Shown one piece after another: positions 14,461-31,434 of a DNA stretch of 64,000 bases. Position 1 is the stretch's first letter; each line of letters starts with the position of its first letter. The position numbers were made by a program, and so were the translations under genes. Source of the stretch: Eledone cirrhosa (Eukaryota); assembly GCA_964016885.1 (NCBI GenBank), contig OZ024754.1, positions 25,234,001 through 25,298,000 of the forward strand, in the 5' to 3' direction. The notes below the pieces were generated by a model. The model saw nothing but the letters and a program-made list of their open reading frames with translations. It made no database searches and was not told where the DNA came from.

Positions 14461-17400
14461 ATATCCAGTGCTTTTATCGAGAATGACACAGCTAGAGACT
14501 TATAGAATACTTAGCTGTGTACAGGAACTGGTTTGAAAGAGCGGTTGCCGGTCCGGCAGAAATTAGAAATTGGATTAAATGCTCTGAAATAGCGATATAT
14601 ATGTGAAGATAGACATAGAATATTCGAAAATATTCTGTATGTTTATAATAAACATTTTGAAGACCTAATCGCTATAGAATAGAATACGTCACGTATTACA
14701 ATTAGATTCTCGATAAAAGCAAGGGAAGTAACCTACGCGTTTCATTCTTATTAGAAATCTTCAGGATTACATATCCAGTGCTTTTATCGAGAATGACACA
14801 GCTAGAGACTTATAGAATACTTAGCTGTGTACAGGAACTGGTTTGAAAGAGCGGTTGCCGGTCCGGCAGAAATTAGAAATTGGATTAAATGCTCTGAAAT
14901 AGCGATATATATGTGAAGATAGACATAGAATATTCGAAAATATTCTGTATGTTTATAATAAACATTTTGAAGACCTAATCGCTATAGAATAGAATACGTC
15001 ACGTATTACAATTAGATTCTCGATAAAAGCAAGGGAAGTAACCTACGCGTTTCATTCTTATTAGAAATCTTCAGGATTACATATCCAGTGCTTTTATCGA
15101 GAATGACACAGCTAGAGACTTATAGAATACTTAGCTGTGTACAGGAACTGGTTTGAAAGAGCGGTTGCCGGTCCGGCAGAAATTAGAAATTGGAATAAAT
15201 GCTCTGAAATAGCGATATATATGTGAAGATAGACATAGAATATTCGAAAATATTCTGTATGTTTATAATAAACATTTTGAAGACCTAATCGCTATAGAAT
15301 AGAATACGTCACGTATTACAATTAGATTCTCGATAAAAGCAAGGGAAGTAACCTACGCGTTTCATTCTTATTAGAAATCTTCAGGATTACATATCCAGTG
15401 CTTTTATCGAGAATGACACAGCTAGAGACTTATAGAATACTTAGCTGTGTACAGGAACTGGTTTGAAAGAGCGGATGCCGGTCCGGCAGAAATTAGAAAT
15501 TGGAATAAATGCTCTGAAATAGCGATATATATGTGAAGATAGACATAGAATATTCGAAAATATTCTGTATGTTTATAATAAACATTTTGAAGACCTAATC
15601 GCTATAGAATAGAATACGTCACGTATTACAATTAGATTCTCGATAAAAGCAAGGGAAGTGACCTACGCGTTTCATTCTTATTAGAAATCTTCAGGATTAC
15701 ATATCCAGTGCTTTTATCGAGAATGACACAGCTAGAGACTTATAGAATACTTAGCTGTGTACAGGAACTGGTTTGAAAGAGCGGTTGCCGGTCCGGCAGA
15801 AATTAGAAATTGGATTAAATGCTCTGAAATAGCGATATATATGTGAAGATAGACATAGAATATTCGAAAATATTCTGTATGTTTATAATAAACATTTTGA
15901 AGACCTAATCGCTATAGAATAGAATACGTCACGTATTACAATTAGATTCTCGATAAAAACAAGGGAAGTAACCTACGCGTTTCATTCTTATTAGAAATCT
16001 TCAGGATTACATATCCAGTGCTTTTATCGAGAATGACACAGCTAGAGACTTATAGAATACTTAGCTGTGTACAGGAACTGGTTTGAAAGAGCGGTTGCCG
16101 GTCCGGCAGAAATTAGAAATTGGATTAAATGCTCTGAAATAGCGATATATATGTGAAGATAGACATAGAATATTCGAAAATATTCTGTATGTTTATAATA
16201 AACATTTTGAAGACCTAATCGCTATAGAATAGAATACGTCACGTATTACAATTAGATTCTCGATAAAAGCAAGGGAAGTAACCTACGCGTTTCATTCTTA
16301 TTAGAAATCTTCAGGATTACATATCCAGTGCTTTTATCGAGAATGACACAGCTAGAGACTTATAGAATACTTAGCTGTGTACAGGAACTGGTTTGAAAGA
16401 GCGGTTGCCGGTCCGGCAGAAATTAGAAATTGGATTAAATGCTCTGAAATAGCGATATATATGTGAAGATAGACATAGAATATTCGAAAATATTCTGTAT
16501 GTTTATAATAAACATTTTGAAGACCTAATCGCTATAGAATAGAATACGTCACGTATTACAATTAGATTCTCGATAAAAGCAAGGGAAGTAACCTACGCGT
16601 TTCATTCTTATTAGAAATCTTCAGGATTACATATCCAGTGCTTTTATCGAGAATGACACAGCTAGAGACTTATAGAATACTTAGCTGTGTACAGGAACTG
16701 GTTTGAAAGAGCGGTTGCCGGTCCGGCAGAAATTAGAAGTTGGAATAAATGCTCTGAAATAGCGATATATATGTGAAGATAGACATAGAATATTCGAAAA
16801 TATTCTGTATGTTTATAATAAACATTTTGAAGACCTAATCGCTATAGAATAGAATACGTCACGTATTACAATTAGATTCTCGATAAAAGCAAGGGAAGTA
16901 ACCTACGCGTTTCATTCTTATTAGAAATCTTCAGGATTACATATCCAGTGCTTTTATCGAGAATGACACAGCTAGAGACTTATAGAATACTTAGCTGTGT
17001 ACAGGAACTGGTTTGAAAGAGCGGTTGCCGGTCCGGCAGAAATTAGAAATTGGATTAAATGCTCTGAAATAGCGATATATATGTGAAGATAGACATAGAA
17101 TATTCGAAAATATTCTGTATGTTTATAATAAACATTTTGAAGACCTAATCGCTATAGAATAGAATACGTCATGTATTACAATTAGATTCTCGATAAAAGC
17201 AAGGGAAGTAACCTACGCGTTTCATTCTTATTAGAAATCTTCAGGATTACATATCCAGTGCTTTTATCGAGAATGCCACAGCTAGAGACTTATAGAATAC
17301 TTAGCTGTGTACAGGAACTGGTTTGAAAGAGCGGTTGCCGGTCCGGCAGAAATTAGAAATTGGAATAAATGCTCTGAAATAGCGATATATATGTGAAGAT

Positions 17401-18925
17401 AGACATAGAATATTCGAAAATATTCTGTATGTTTATAATAAACATTTTGAAGACCTAATCGCTATAGAATAGAATACGTCACGTATTACAATTAGATTCT
17501 CGATAAAAGCAAGGGAAGTAACCTACGCGTTTCATTCTTATTAGAAATCTTCAGGATTACATATCCAGTGCTTTTATCGAGAATGACACAGTTAGAGACT
17601 TATAGAATACTTAGCTGTGTACAGGAACTGGTTTGAAAGAGCGGTTGCCGGTCCGGCAGAAATTAGAAATTGGATTAAATGCTCTGAAATAGCGATATAT
17701 ATGTGAAGATAGACATAGAATATTCGAAAATATTCTGTATGTTTATAATAAACATTTTGAAGACCTAATCGCTATAGAATAGAATACGTCACGTATTACA
17801 ATTAGATTCTCGATAAAAGCAAGGGAAGTAACCTACGCGTTTCATTCTTATTAGAAATCTTCAGGATTACATATCCAGTGCTTTTATCGAGAATGACACA
17901 GCTAGAGACTTATAGAATACATAGCTGTGTACAGGAACTGGTTTGAAAGAGCGGTTGCCGGTCCGGCAGAAATTAGAAATTGGATTAAATGCTCTGAAAT
18001 AGCGATATATATGTGAAGATAGACATAGAATATTCGAAAATATTCTGTATGTTTATAATAAACATTTTGAAGACCTAATCGCTATAGAATAGAATACGTC
18101 ACGTATTACAATTAGATTCTCGATAAAAGCAAGGGAAGTAACCTACGCGTTTCATTCTTATTAGAAATCTTCAGGATTACATATCCAGTGCTTTTATCGA
18201 GAATGACACAGCTAGAGACTTATAGAATACTTAGCTGTGTACAGGAACTGGTTTGAAAGAGCGGTTGCCGGTCCGGCAGAAATTAGAAATTGGAATAAAT
18301 GCTCTGAAATAGCGATATATATGTGAAGATAGACATAGAATATTCGAAAATATTCTGTATATGTATATATATATGTATATATATATATACATATATATAC
18401 ATATATATACATATACATATATATATATATACATATACATATACATATACATAATAAACATTTTGAAGACCTAATCGCTATAGAATAGAATACGTCACGT
18501 ATTACAATTAGATTCTCGATAAAAGCAAGGGAAGTAACCTACGCGTTTCATTCTTATTAGAAATCTTCAGGATTACATATCCAGTGCTTTTATCGAGAAT
18601 GACACAGCTAGAGACTTATAGAATACTTAGCTGTGTACAGGAACTGGTTTGAAAAAGCGGTTGCCGGTCCGGCAGAAATTAGAAATTGGAATAAATGCTC
18701 TGAAATAGCGATATATATGTGAAGATAGACATAGAATATTCGAAAATATTCTGTATGTTTATAATAAACATTTTGAAGACCTAATCGCTATAGAATAGAA
18801 TACGTCACGTATTACAATTAGATTCTCGATAAAAGCAAGGGAAGTAACCTACGCGTTTCATTCTTATTAGAAATCTTCAGGATTACATATCCAGTGCTTT
18901 TATATATATATACATATATATATAC

Positions 18926-18989
<64 letters not shown>

Positions 18990-19077
18990 GTATACATATA
19001 TATACATATATATATATACATATACATATATATATATACATATACATATATATATATACATATATATATATACATAC

Positions 19078-19134
<57 letters not shown>

Positions 19135-19144
19135 CATATATATC

Positions 19145-19243
<99 letters not shown>

Positions 19244-19250
19244 GTATACA

Positions 19251-19288
<38 letters not shown>

Positions 19289-19291
19289 CAA

Positions 19292-19329
<38 letters not shown>

Positions 19330-20304
19330 GTAGAAATTGGATTAAATGCTCTGAAATAGCGATATATATGTGAAGATAGACATAGAATATTCGAAAATAT
19401 TCTGTATGTTTATAATAAACATTTTGAAGACCTAATCGCTATAGAATAGAATACGTCACGTATTACAATTAGATTCTCGATAAAAGCAAGGGAAGTAACC
19501 TACGCGTTTCATTCTTATTAGAAATCTTCAGGATTACATATCCAGTGCTTTTATCGAGAATGACACAGCTAGAGACTTATAGAATACTTAGCTGTGTACA
19601 GGAACTGGTTTGAAAGAGCGGTTGCCGGTCCGGCAGAAGTTAGAAATTGGAATAAATGCTCTGAAATAGCGATATATATGTGAAGATAGACATAGAATAT
19701 TCGAAAATATTCTGTATGTTTATAATAAACATTTTGAAGACCTAATCGCTATAGAATAGAATACGTCACGTATTACAATTAGATTCTCGATAAAAGCAAG
19801 GGAAGTAACCTACGCGTTTCATTCTTATTAGAAATCTTCAGGATTACATATCCAGTGCTTTTATCGAGAATGACACAGTTAGAGACTTATAGAATACTTA
19901 GCTGTGTACAGGAACTGGTTTGAAAGAGCGGTTGCCGGTCCGGCAGAAATTAGAAATTGGAATAAATGCTCTGAAATAGCGATATATATGTGAAGATAGA
20001 CATAGAATATTCGAAAATATTCTGTATGTTTATAATAAACATTTTGAAGACCTAATCGCTATAGAATAGAATGCGTCACGTATTACAATTAGATTCTCGA
20101 TAAAAGCAAGGGAAGTAACCTACGCGTTTCATTCTTATTAGAAATCTTCAGGATTACATATCCAGTGCTTTTATATATATATACATATATATATACATAT
20201 ACATATATATATATATGTATACATATATATACATATATATATATACATATACATATATATATATACATATACATATATATATATACATATATATATATAC
20301 ATAC

Positions 20305-20463
<159 letters not shown>

Positions 20464-20465
20464 CA

Positions 20466-20505
<40 letters not shown>

Positions 20506-21859
20506 CAAATATATATATATACATATATATATATACATATATATATATAGAAATTGGATTAAATGCTCTGAAATAGCGATATATATGTGAAGATAGACAT
20601 AGAATATTCGAAAATATTCTGTATGTTTATAATAAACATTTTGAAGACCTAATCGCTATAGAATAGAATACGTCACGTATTACAATTAGATTCTCGATAA
20701 AAGCAAGTGAAGTAACCTACGCGTTTCATTCTTATTAGAAATCTTCAGGATTACATATCCAGTGCTTTTATCGAGAATGACACAGCTAGAGACTTATAGA
20801 ATACTTAGCTGTGTACAGGAACTGGTTTGAAAGAGCGGTTGCCGGTCCGGCAGAAATTAGAAATTGGATTAAATGCTCTGAAATAGCGATATATATGTGA
20901 AGATAGACATAGAATATTCGAAAATATTCTGTATGTTTATAATAAACATTTTGAAGACCTAATCGCTATAGAATAGAATACGTCACGTATTACAATTAGA
21001 TTCTCGATAAAAGCAAGGGAAGTAACCTACGCGTTTCATTCTTATTAGAAATCTTCAGGATTACATATCCAGTGCTTTTATCGAGAATGACACAGCTAGA
21101 GACTTATAGAATACTTAGCTGTGTACAGGAACTGGTTTGAAAGAGCCGTTGCCGGTCCGGCAGAAATTAGAAATTGGATTAAATGTTCTGAAATAGCGAT
21201 ATATATGTGAAGATAGACATAGAATATTCGAAAACATTCTGTGTTTATAATAAACATTTTGAAGACCTAATACAATACGTCACGTATTACAATTAGATTC
21301 TCGATAAAAGGAAGGGAAGTAACCTACGCGTTTCATTCTTATTAGAAATCTTCAGGATTACATATCCAGTGCTTTTATCGAGAATGACACAGCTAGAGAC
21401 TTATAAAATACTTAGCTGTGTACAGGAACTGGTTTGAAAGAGCGGTTGCCGGTCCGGCAGAAATTAGAAATTGGATTAAATGCTCTGAAATAGCGATATA
21501 TATGTGAAGATAGACATAGAATATTCGAAAATATTCTGTATGTTTATAATAAACATTTTGAAGACCTAATCGCTATAGAATAGAATACGTCACGTATTAC
21601 AATTAGATTCTCGATAAAAGCAAGGGAAGTAACCTACGCGTTTCATTCTTATTAGAAATCTTCAGGATTACATATCCAGTGCTTTTATATATATATACAT
21701 ATATATATACATATACATATATATATATATAAATATATACATATATATATATATACATATACATATATATATATATGTATACATATATATACATATATAT
21801 ATATACATATACATATATATATATACATATACATATATATATATACATATATATATATA

Positions 21860-22029
<170 letters not shown>

Positions 22030-22031
22030 CA

Positions 22032-22069
<38 letters not shown>

Positions 22070-22860
22070 CAAATATATATATATACATATATATATATAC
22101 ATATATATATATAGAAATTGGATTAAATGCTCTGAAATAGCGATATATATGTGAAGATAGACATAGAATATTCGAAAATATTCTGTATGTTTATAATAAA
22201 CATTTTGAAGACCTAATCGCTATAGAATAGAATACGTCACGTATTACAATTAGATTCTCGATAAAAGCAAGGGAAGTAACCTACGCGTTTCATTCTTATT
22301 AGAAATCTTCTGGATTACATATCCAGTGCTTTTATCGAGAATGACACAGCTAGAGACTTATAGAATACTTAGCTGTGTACAGGAACTGGTTTGAAAGAGC
22401 GGTTGCCGGTCCGGCAGAAATTAGAAATTGGATTAAATGCTCTGAAATAGCGATATATATGTGAAGATAGACATAGAATATTCGAAAATATTCTGTATGT
22501 TTATAATAAACATTTTGAAGACCTAATCGCTATAGAATAGAATACGTCACGTATTACAATCAGATTCTCGATAAAAGCAAGGGAAGTAACCTACGCGTTT
22601 CATTCTTATTAGAAATCTTCAGGATTACATATCCAGTGCTTTTATCGAGAATGACACAGCTAGAGACTTATAAAATACTTAGCTGTGTACAGGAACTGGT
22701 TTGAAAGAGCGGTTGCCGGTTCGGCAGAAATTAGAAATTGGATTAAATGCTCTGAAATAGCGATATATATGTGAAGATAGACATAGAATATTCGAAAATA
22801 TTCTGTATGTTTATAATAAACATTTTGAAGACCTAATCGCTATAGAATAGAATACGTCAC

Positions 22861-23011
22861 GTATTACAATCAGATTCTCGATAAAAGCAAGGGAAGTAAC
22901 CTACGCGTTTCATTCTTATTAGAAATCTTCAGTGCTTTTATCGAGAATGACACAGCTAGAGACTTATAGAATACTTATAGAATACTTATTTGTATATATA
23001 TATATATACAA

Positions 23012-23058
<47 letters not shown>

Positions 23059-23200
23059 GAAATTGGATTAAATGCTCTGAAATAGCGATATATATGTATT
23101 ACAATCAGATTCTCGATAAAAGCAAGGGAAGTAACCTACGCGTTTCATTCTTATTAATGAAATAGCGATATATACGTATGTATATATCGCTATTTCAGTG
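22861..23200. repeat. Rearranged, ribozyme-defective family A monomers (S block), stand-alone copy
   Basis: It shows a 14-bp deletion (cttcag|tgc, loss of gattacatatccag), a duplicated tatagaatact, a short TA tract, and a new 40-bp hairpin at 23158-23197 in place of the CUGAAGA box. Confidence 0.85.
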
Positions 23201-24876
23201 CTTTTATCGAGAATGACACAGCTAGAGACTTATAGAATACTTAGCTGTGTACAGGAACTGGTTTGAAAGAGCGGTTGCCGGTCCGGCAGAAGTTAGAAAT
23301 TGGAATAAATGCTCTGAAATAGCGATATATATGTGAAGATAGACATAGAATATTCGAAAATATTCTGTATGTTTATAATAAACATTTTGAAGACCTAATC
23401 GCTATAGAATAGAATACGTCACGTATTACAATTAGATTCTCGATAAAAGCAAGGGAAGTAACCTACGCGTTTCATTCTTATTAGAAATCTTCAGGATTAC
23501 ATATCCAGTGCTTTTATCGAGAATGACACAGTTAGAGACTTATAGAATACTTAGCTGTGTACAGGAACTGGTTTGAAAGAGCGGTTGCCGGTCCGGCAGA
23601 AATTAGAAATTGGATTAAATGCTCTGAAATAGCGATATATATGTGAAGATAGACATAGAATATTCGAAAATATTCTGTATGTTTATAATAAACATTTTGA
23701 AGACCTAATCGCTATAGAATAGAATACGTCACGTATTACAATTAGATTCTCGATAAAAGCAAGGGAAGTAACCTACGCGTTTCATTCTTATTAGAAATCT
23801 TCAGGATTACATATCCAGTGCTTTTATCGAGAATGACACAGCTAGAGACTTATAGAATACTTAGCTGTGTACAGGAACTGGTTTGAAAGAGCGGTTGCCG
23901 GTCCGGCAGAAATTAGAAATTGGATTAAATGCTCTGAAATAGCGATATATATGTGAAGATAGACATAGAATATTCGAAAATATTCTGTATGTTTATAATA
24001 AACATTTTGAAGACCTAATCGCTATAGAATAGAATACGTCACGTATTACAATTAGATTCTCGATAAAAGCAAGGGAAGTAACCTACGCGTTTCATTCTTA
24101 TTAGAAATCTTCAGGATTACATATCCAGTGCTTTTATCGAGAATGACACAGCTAGAGACTTATAGAATACTTAGCTGTGTACAGGAACTGGTTTGAAAGA
24201 GCGGTTGCCGGTCCGGCAGAAATTAGAAATTGGAATAAATGCTCTGAAATAGCGATATATATGTGAAGATAGACATAGAATATTCGAAAATATTCTGTAT
24301 ATGTATATATATATGTATATATATATATACATATATATACATATATATACATATACATATATATATATATACATATACATATACATATACATAATAAACA
24401 TTTTGAAGACCTAATCGCTATAGAATAGAATACGTCACGTATTACAATTAGATTCTCGATAAAAGCAAGGGAAGTAACCTACGCGTTTCATTCTTATTAG
24501 AAATCTTCAGGATTACATATCCAGTGCTTTTATCGAGAATGACACAGCTAGAGACTTATAGAATACTTAGCTGTGTACAGGAACTGGTTTGAAAAAGCGG
24601 TTGCCGGTCCGGCAGAAATTAGAAATTGGAATAAATGCTCTGAAATAGCGATATATATGTGAAGATAGACATAGAATATTCGAAAATATTCTGTATGTTT
24701 ATAATAAACATTTTGAAGACCTAATCGCTATAGAATAGAATACGTCACGTATTACAATTAGATTCTCGATAAAAGCAAGGGAAGTAACCTACGCGTTTCA
24801 TTCTTATTAGAAATCTTCAGGATTACATATCCAGTGCTTTTATATATATATACATATATATATACATATACATATA

Positions 24877-24927
<51 letters not shown>

Positions 24928-25015
24928 GTATACATATATATACATATATATATATACATATACATATATATATATACATATACATATATATATATACATA
25001 TATATATATACATAC

Positions 25016-25072
<57 letters not shown>

Positions 25073-25084
25073 CATATATATCTC

Positions 25085-25190
<106 letters not shown>

Positions 25191-25192
25191 CA

Positions 25193-25230
<38 letters not shown>

Positions 25231-25233
25231 CAA

Positions 25234-25279
<46 letters not shown>

Positions 25280-27068
25280 TGGATTAAATGCTCTGAAATA
25301 GCGATATATATGTGAAGATAGACATAGAATATTCGAAAATATTCTGTATGTTTATAATAAACATTTTGAAGACCTAATCGCTATAGAATAGAATACGTCA
25401 CGTATTACAATTAGATTCTCGATAAAAGCAAGGGAAGTAACCTACGCGTTTCATTCTTATTAGAAATCTTCAGGATTACATATCCAGTGCTTTTATCGAG
25501 AATGACACAGCTAGAGACTTATAGAATACTTAGCTGTGTACAGGAACTGGTTTGAAAGAGCGGTTGCCGGTCCGGCAGAAGTTAGAAATTGGAATAAATG
25601 CTCTGAAATAGCGATATATATGTGAAGATAGACATAGAATATTCGAAAATATTCTGTATGTTTATAATAAACATTTTGAAGACCTAATCGCTATAGAATA
25701 GAATACGTCACGTATTACAATTAGATTCTCGATAAAAGCAAGGGAAGTAACCTACGCGTTTCATTCTTATTAGAAATCTTCAGGATTACATATCCAGTGC
25801 TTTTATCGAGAATGACACAGTTAGAGACTTATAGAATACTTAGCTGTGTACAGGAACTGGTTTGAAAGAGCGGTTGCCGGTCCGGCAGAAATTAGAAATT
25901 GGATTAAATGCTCTGAAATAGCGATATATATGTGAAGATAGACATAGAATATTCGAAAATATTCTGTATGTTTATAATAAACATTTTGAAGACCTAATCG
26001 CTATAGAATAGAATACGTCACGTATTACAATTAGATTCTCGATAAAAGCAAGGGAAGTAACCTACGCGTTTCATTCTTATTAGAAATCTTCAGGATTACA
26101 TATCCAGTGCTTTTATCGAGAATGACACAGCTAGAGACTTATAGAATACTTAGCTGTGTACAGGAACTGGTTTGAAAGAGCGGTTGCCGGTCCGGCAGAA
26201 ATTAGAAATTGGATTAAATGCTCTGAAATAGCGATATATATGTGAAGATAGACATAGAATATTCGAAAATATTCTGTATGTTTATAATAAACATTTTGAA
26301 GACCTAATCGCTATAGAATAGAATACGTCACGTATTACAATTAGATTCTCGATAAAAGCAAGGGAAGTAACCTACGCGTTTCATTCTTATTAGAAATCTT
26401 CAGGATTACATATCCAGTGCTTTTATCGAGAATGACACAGCTAGAGACTTATAGAATACTTAGCTGTGTACAGGAACTGGTTTGAAAGAGCGGTTGCCGG
26501 TCCGGCAGAAATTAGAAATTGGAATAAATGCTCTGAAATAGCGATATATATGTGAAGATAGACATAGAATATTCGAAAATATTCTGTATGTTTATAATAA
26601 ACATTTTGAAGACCTAATCGCTATAGAATAGAATACGTCACGTATTACAATTAGATTCTCGATAAAAGCAAGGGAAGTAACCTACGCGTTTCATTCTTAT
26701 TAGAAATCTTCAGGATTACATATCCAGTGCTTTTATCGAGAATGACACAGCTAGAGACTTATAGAATACTTAGCTGTGTACAGGAACTGGTTTGAAAGAG
26801 CGGTTGCCGGTCCGGCAGGAATTAGAAATTGGAATAAATGCTCTGAAATAGCGATATATATGTGAAGATAGACATAGAATATTCGAAAATATTCTGTATG
26901 TTTATAATAAACATTTTGAAGACCTAATCGCTATAGAATAGAATACGTCACGTATTACAATTAGATTCTCGATAAAAGCAAGGGAAGTAACCTACGCGTT
27001 TCATTCTTATTAGAAATCTTCAGGATTACATATCCAGTGCTTTTATATATATATACATATATATATAC

Positions 27069-27117
<49 letters not shown>

Positions 27118-27226
27118 CATATACATATATATATATATGTATACATATATATACATATATATATATACATATACATATATATATATACATATACATATAT
27201 ATATATACATATATATATATACATAC

Positions 27227-27383
<157 letters not shown>

Positions 27384-27387
27384 CAAA

Positions 27388-27425
<38 letters not shown>

Positions 27426-28779
27426 CAAATATATATATATACATATATATATATACATATATATATATAGAAATTGGATTAAATGCTCTGAAATAGCGAT
27501 ATATATGTGAAGATAGACATAGAATATTCGAAAATATTCTGTATGTTTATAATAAACATTTTGAAGACCTAATCGCTATAGAATAGAATACGTCACGTAT
27601 TACAATTAGATTCTCGATAAAAGCAAGTGAAGTAACCTACGCGTTTCATTCTTATTAGAAATCTTCAGGATTACATATCCAGTGCTTTTATCGAGAATGA
27701 CACAGCTAGAGACTTATAGAATACTTAGCTGTGTACAGGAACTGGTTTGAAAGAGCGGTTGCCGGTCCGGCAGAAATTAGAAATTGGATTAAATGCTCTG
27801 AAATAGCGATATATATGTGAAGATAGACATAGAATATTCGAAAATATTCTGTATGTTTATAATAAACATTTTGAAGACCTAATCGCTATAGAATAGAATA
27901 CGTCACGTATTACAATTAGATTCTCGATAAAAGCAAGGGAAGTAACCTACGCGTTTCATTCTTATTAGAAATCTTCAGGATTACATATCCAGTGCTTTTA
28001 TCGAGAATGACACAGCTAGAGACTTATAGAATACTTAGCTGTGTACAGGAACTGGTTTGAAAGAGCCGTTGCCGGTCCGGCAGAAATTAGAAATTGGATT
28101 AAATGTTCTGAAATAGCGATATATATGTGAAGATAGACATAGAATATTCGAAAACATTCTGTGTTTATAATAAACATTTTGAAGACCTAATACAATACGT
28201 CACGTATTACAATTAGATTCTCGATAAAAGGAAGGGAAGTAACCTACGCGTTTCATTCTTATTAGAAATCTTCAGGATTACATATCCAGTGCTTTTATCG
28301 AGAATGACACAGCTAGAGACTTATAAAATACTTAGCTGTGTACAGGAACTGGTTTGAAAGAGCGGTTGCCGGTCCGGCAGAAATTAGAAATTGGATTAAA
28401 TGCTCTGAAATAGCGATATATATGTGAGGATAGACATAGAATATTCGAAAATATTCTGTATGTTTATAATAAACATTTTGAAGACCTAATCGCTATAGAA
28501 TAGAATACGTCACGTATTACAATTAGATTCTCGATAAAAGCAAGGGAAGTAACCTACGCGTTTCATTCTTATTAGAAATCTTCAGGATTACATATCCAGT
28601 GCTTTTATATATATATACATATATATATACATATACATATATATATATATAAATATATACATATATATATATATACATATACATATATATATATATGTAT
28701 ACATATATATACATATATATATATACATATACATATATATATATACATATACATATATATATATACATATATATATATA

Positions 28780-28952
<173 letters not shown>

Positions 28953-28959
28953 GTATACA

Positions 28960-28995
<36 letters not shown>

Positions 28996-30090
28996 CAAAT
29001 ATATATATATACATATATATATATACATATATATATATAGAAATTGGATTAAATGCTCTGAAATAGCGATATATATGTGAAGATAGACATAGAATATTCG
29101 AAAATATTCTGTATGTTTATAATAAACATTTTGAAGACCTAATCGCTATAGAATAGAATACGTCACGTATTACAATTAGATTCTCGATAAAAGCAAGTGA
29201 AGTAACCTACGCGTTTCATTCTTATTAGAAATCTTCAGGATTACATATCCAGTGCTTTTATCGAGAATGACACAGCTAGAGACTTATAGAATACTTAGCT
29301 GTGTACAGGAACTGGTTTGAAAGAGCGGTTGCCGGTCCGGCAGAAATTAGAAATTGGATTAAATGCTCTGAAATAGCGATATATATGTGAAGATAGACAT
29401 AGAATATTCGAAAATATTCTGTATGTTTATAATAAACATTTTGAAGACCTAATCGCTATAGAATAGAATACGTCACGTATTACAATTAGATTCTCGATAA
29501 AAGCAAGGGAAGTAACCTACGCGTTTCATTCTTATTAGAAATCTTCAGGATTACATATCCAGTGCTTTTATCGAGAATGACACAGCTAGAGACTTATAGA
29601 ATACTTAGCTGTGTACAGGAACTGGTTTGAAAGAGTCGTTGCCGGTCCGGCAGAAATTAGAAATTGGATTAAATGCTCTGAAATAGCGATATATATGTGA
29701 AGATAGACATAGAATATTCGAAAACATTCTGTGTTTATAATAAACATTTTGAAGACCTAATAGAATACGTCACGTATTACAATTAGATTCTCGATAAAAG
29801 CAAGGGAAGTAACCTACGCGTTTCATTCTTATTAGAAATATTCAGGATTACATATCCAGTGCTTTTATCGAGAATGACACAGCTAGAGACTTATAAAATA
29901 CTTAGCTGTGTACAGGAACTGGTTTGAAAGAGCGGTTGCCGGTCCGGCAGAAATTAGAAATTGGATTAAATGCTCTGAAATAGCGATATATATGTGAAGA
30001 TAGACATAGAATATTCGAAAATATTCTGTATGTTTATAATAAACATTTTGAAGACCTAATCGCTATAGAATAGAATACGTCACGTATTAC

Positions 30091-30230
30091 AATCAGATTC
30101 TCGATAAAAGCAAGGGAAGTAACCTACGCGTTTCATTCTTATTAGAAATCTTCAGTGCTTTTATCGAGAATGACACAGCTAGAGACTTATAGAATACTTA
30201 TAGAATACTTATTTGTATATATATATACAA

Positions 30231-30277
<47 letters not shown>

Positions 30278-30496
30278 GAAATTGGATTAAATGCTCTGAA
30301 ATAGCGATATATATGTATTACAATCAGATTCTCGATAAAAGCAAGGGAAGTAACCTACGCGTTTCATTCTTATTAATGAAATAGCGATATATACGTATGT
30401 ATATATCGCTATTTCAGTGCTTTTATCGAGAATGACACAGCTAGAGACTTATAGAATACTTATAGAATACTTATTCGTATATATATATATATACAA

Positions 30497-30543
<47 letters not shown>

Positions 30544-30686
30544 GAAATTGGATTAAATGCTCTGAAATAGCGATATATATGTGAACATAGACATAGAATA
30601 TTCGAAAATATTCTGTATGTTTATAATAAACATTTTGAAGACCTAATCGCTATAGAATAGAATACGTCACGTATTACAATTAGATT
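30091..30686. repeat. Ribozyme-defective S block preceding the cassette (also at about 35.9, 42.0, 48.1, 54.2 and 59.9 kb)
   Basis: It has the same deletion, duplication and hairpin as 22861-23200, plus a second short TA tract and the gtgaacatag SNP. Confidence 0.85.
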
Positions 30687-30712
30687 TACATATATATATG
30701 TGTGACTGTATG

Positions 30713-30796
<84 letters not shown>

Positions 30797-31015
30797 CATG
30801 CTACTGTACGTCTGTATGCATATATGTATGTACGTATACATACATACTTACATTTAAGTAAGTGCCGTACTAAGAATCAGAAATTTCATTTCATTTCATT
30901 CTATTCCATTTTAGCGTTTTCGGTGCGCCTGGCCGACTGAACTCACTCAATATGCAAATTAGGCTGCTCAGCCGTTAATTTTCATAAGGAAAGTATATAC
31001 TTTCGAACGTTCAAC

Positions 31016-31052
31016 GCTGACGATAGCTAACAAACTTGAAACTAGTACATCG
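31016..31052 (+). pseudogene. Degenerate family B hammerhead (5' strand of stem I deleted); equivalents near 36817, 42908, 49063, 55146 and 60841
   Basis: CTGACGA TAGCTAACAAACTT GAAA CTAG TA CATCG is retained. It lacks the 23 nt catctggcagaagggtatacggt found in copy 2, and stem II has a G>A mismatch. Confidence 0.8.
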
Positions 31053-31434
31053 TAACTCTGTAAGTGTTGAACAAAAAGGTGACGTGGTTGCCTTAACACC
31101 GTACGGCATAAATCAGGCTGTCCGTTTGTTTACAAACAGACAAAGCGAGCATTATAATAAATGTTCGTTAAACTGATATGTACATATATATATGTGTGCC
31201 TTTATGTATATATATATATATACATGCTACTGTACGTCTGTATGCATATATGTATGTACGTATACATATATACTTACATTTAAGTAAGTGCCGTACTAAG
31301 AGTGAGAAATTAAATTTCATTTCATTCTATTCCATTTTATCGTTTTCGGTGCGCCTGGCCGACTGAACTCACTCGATATGCAAATCAGGCTGCTCAGCCG
31401 TTAATTTTCATAAGGAAAGTATATAGTTTCGAAC

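Noticed and set aside
30952-30959. Octamer motif ATGCAAAT in both family B units (also 31378-31385)
   Set aside because: An AT-rich 8-mer alone, with no recognisable PSE or snRNA downstream, is not enough to call a promoter. It is kept only as a note.
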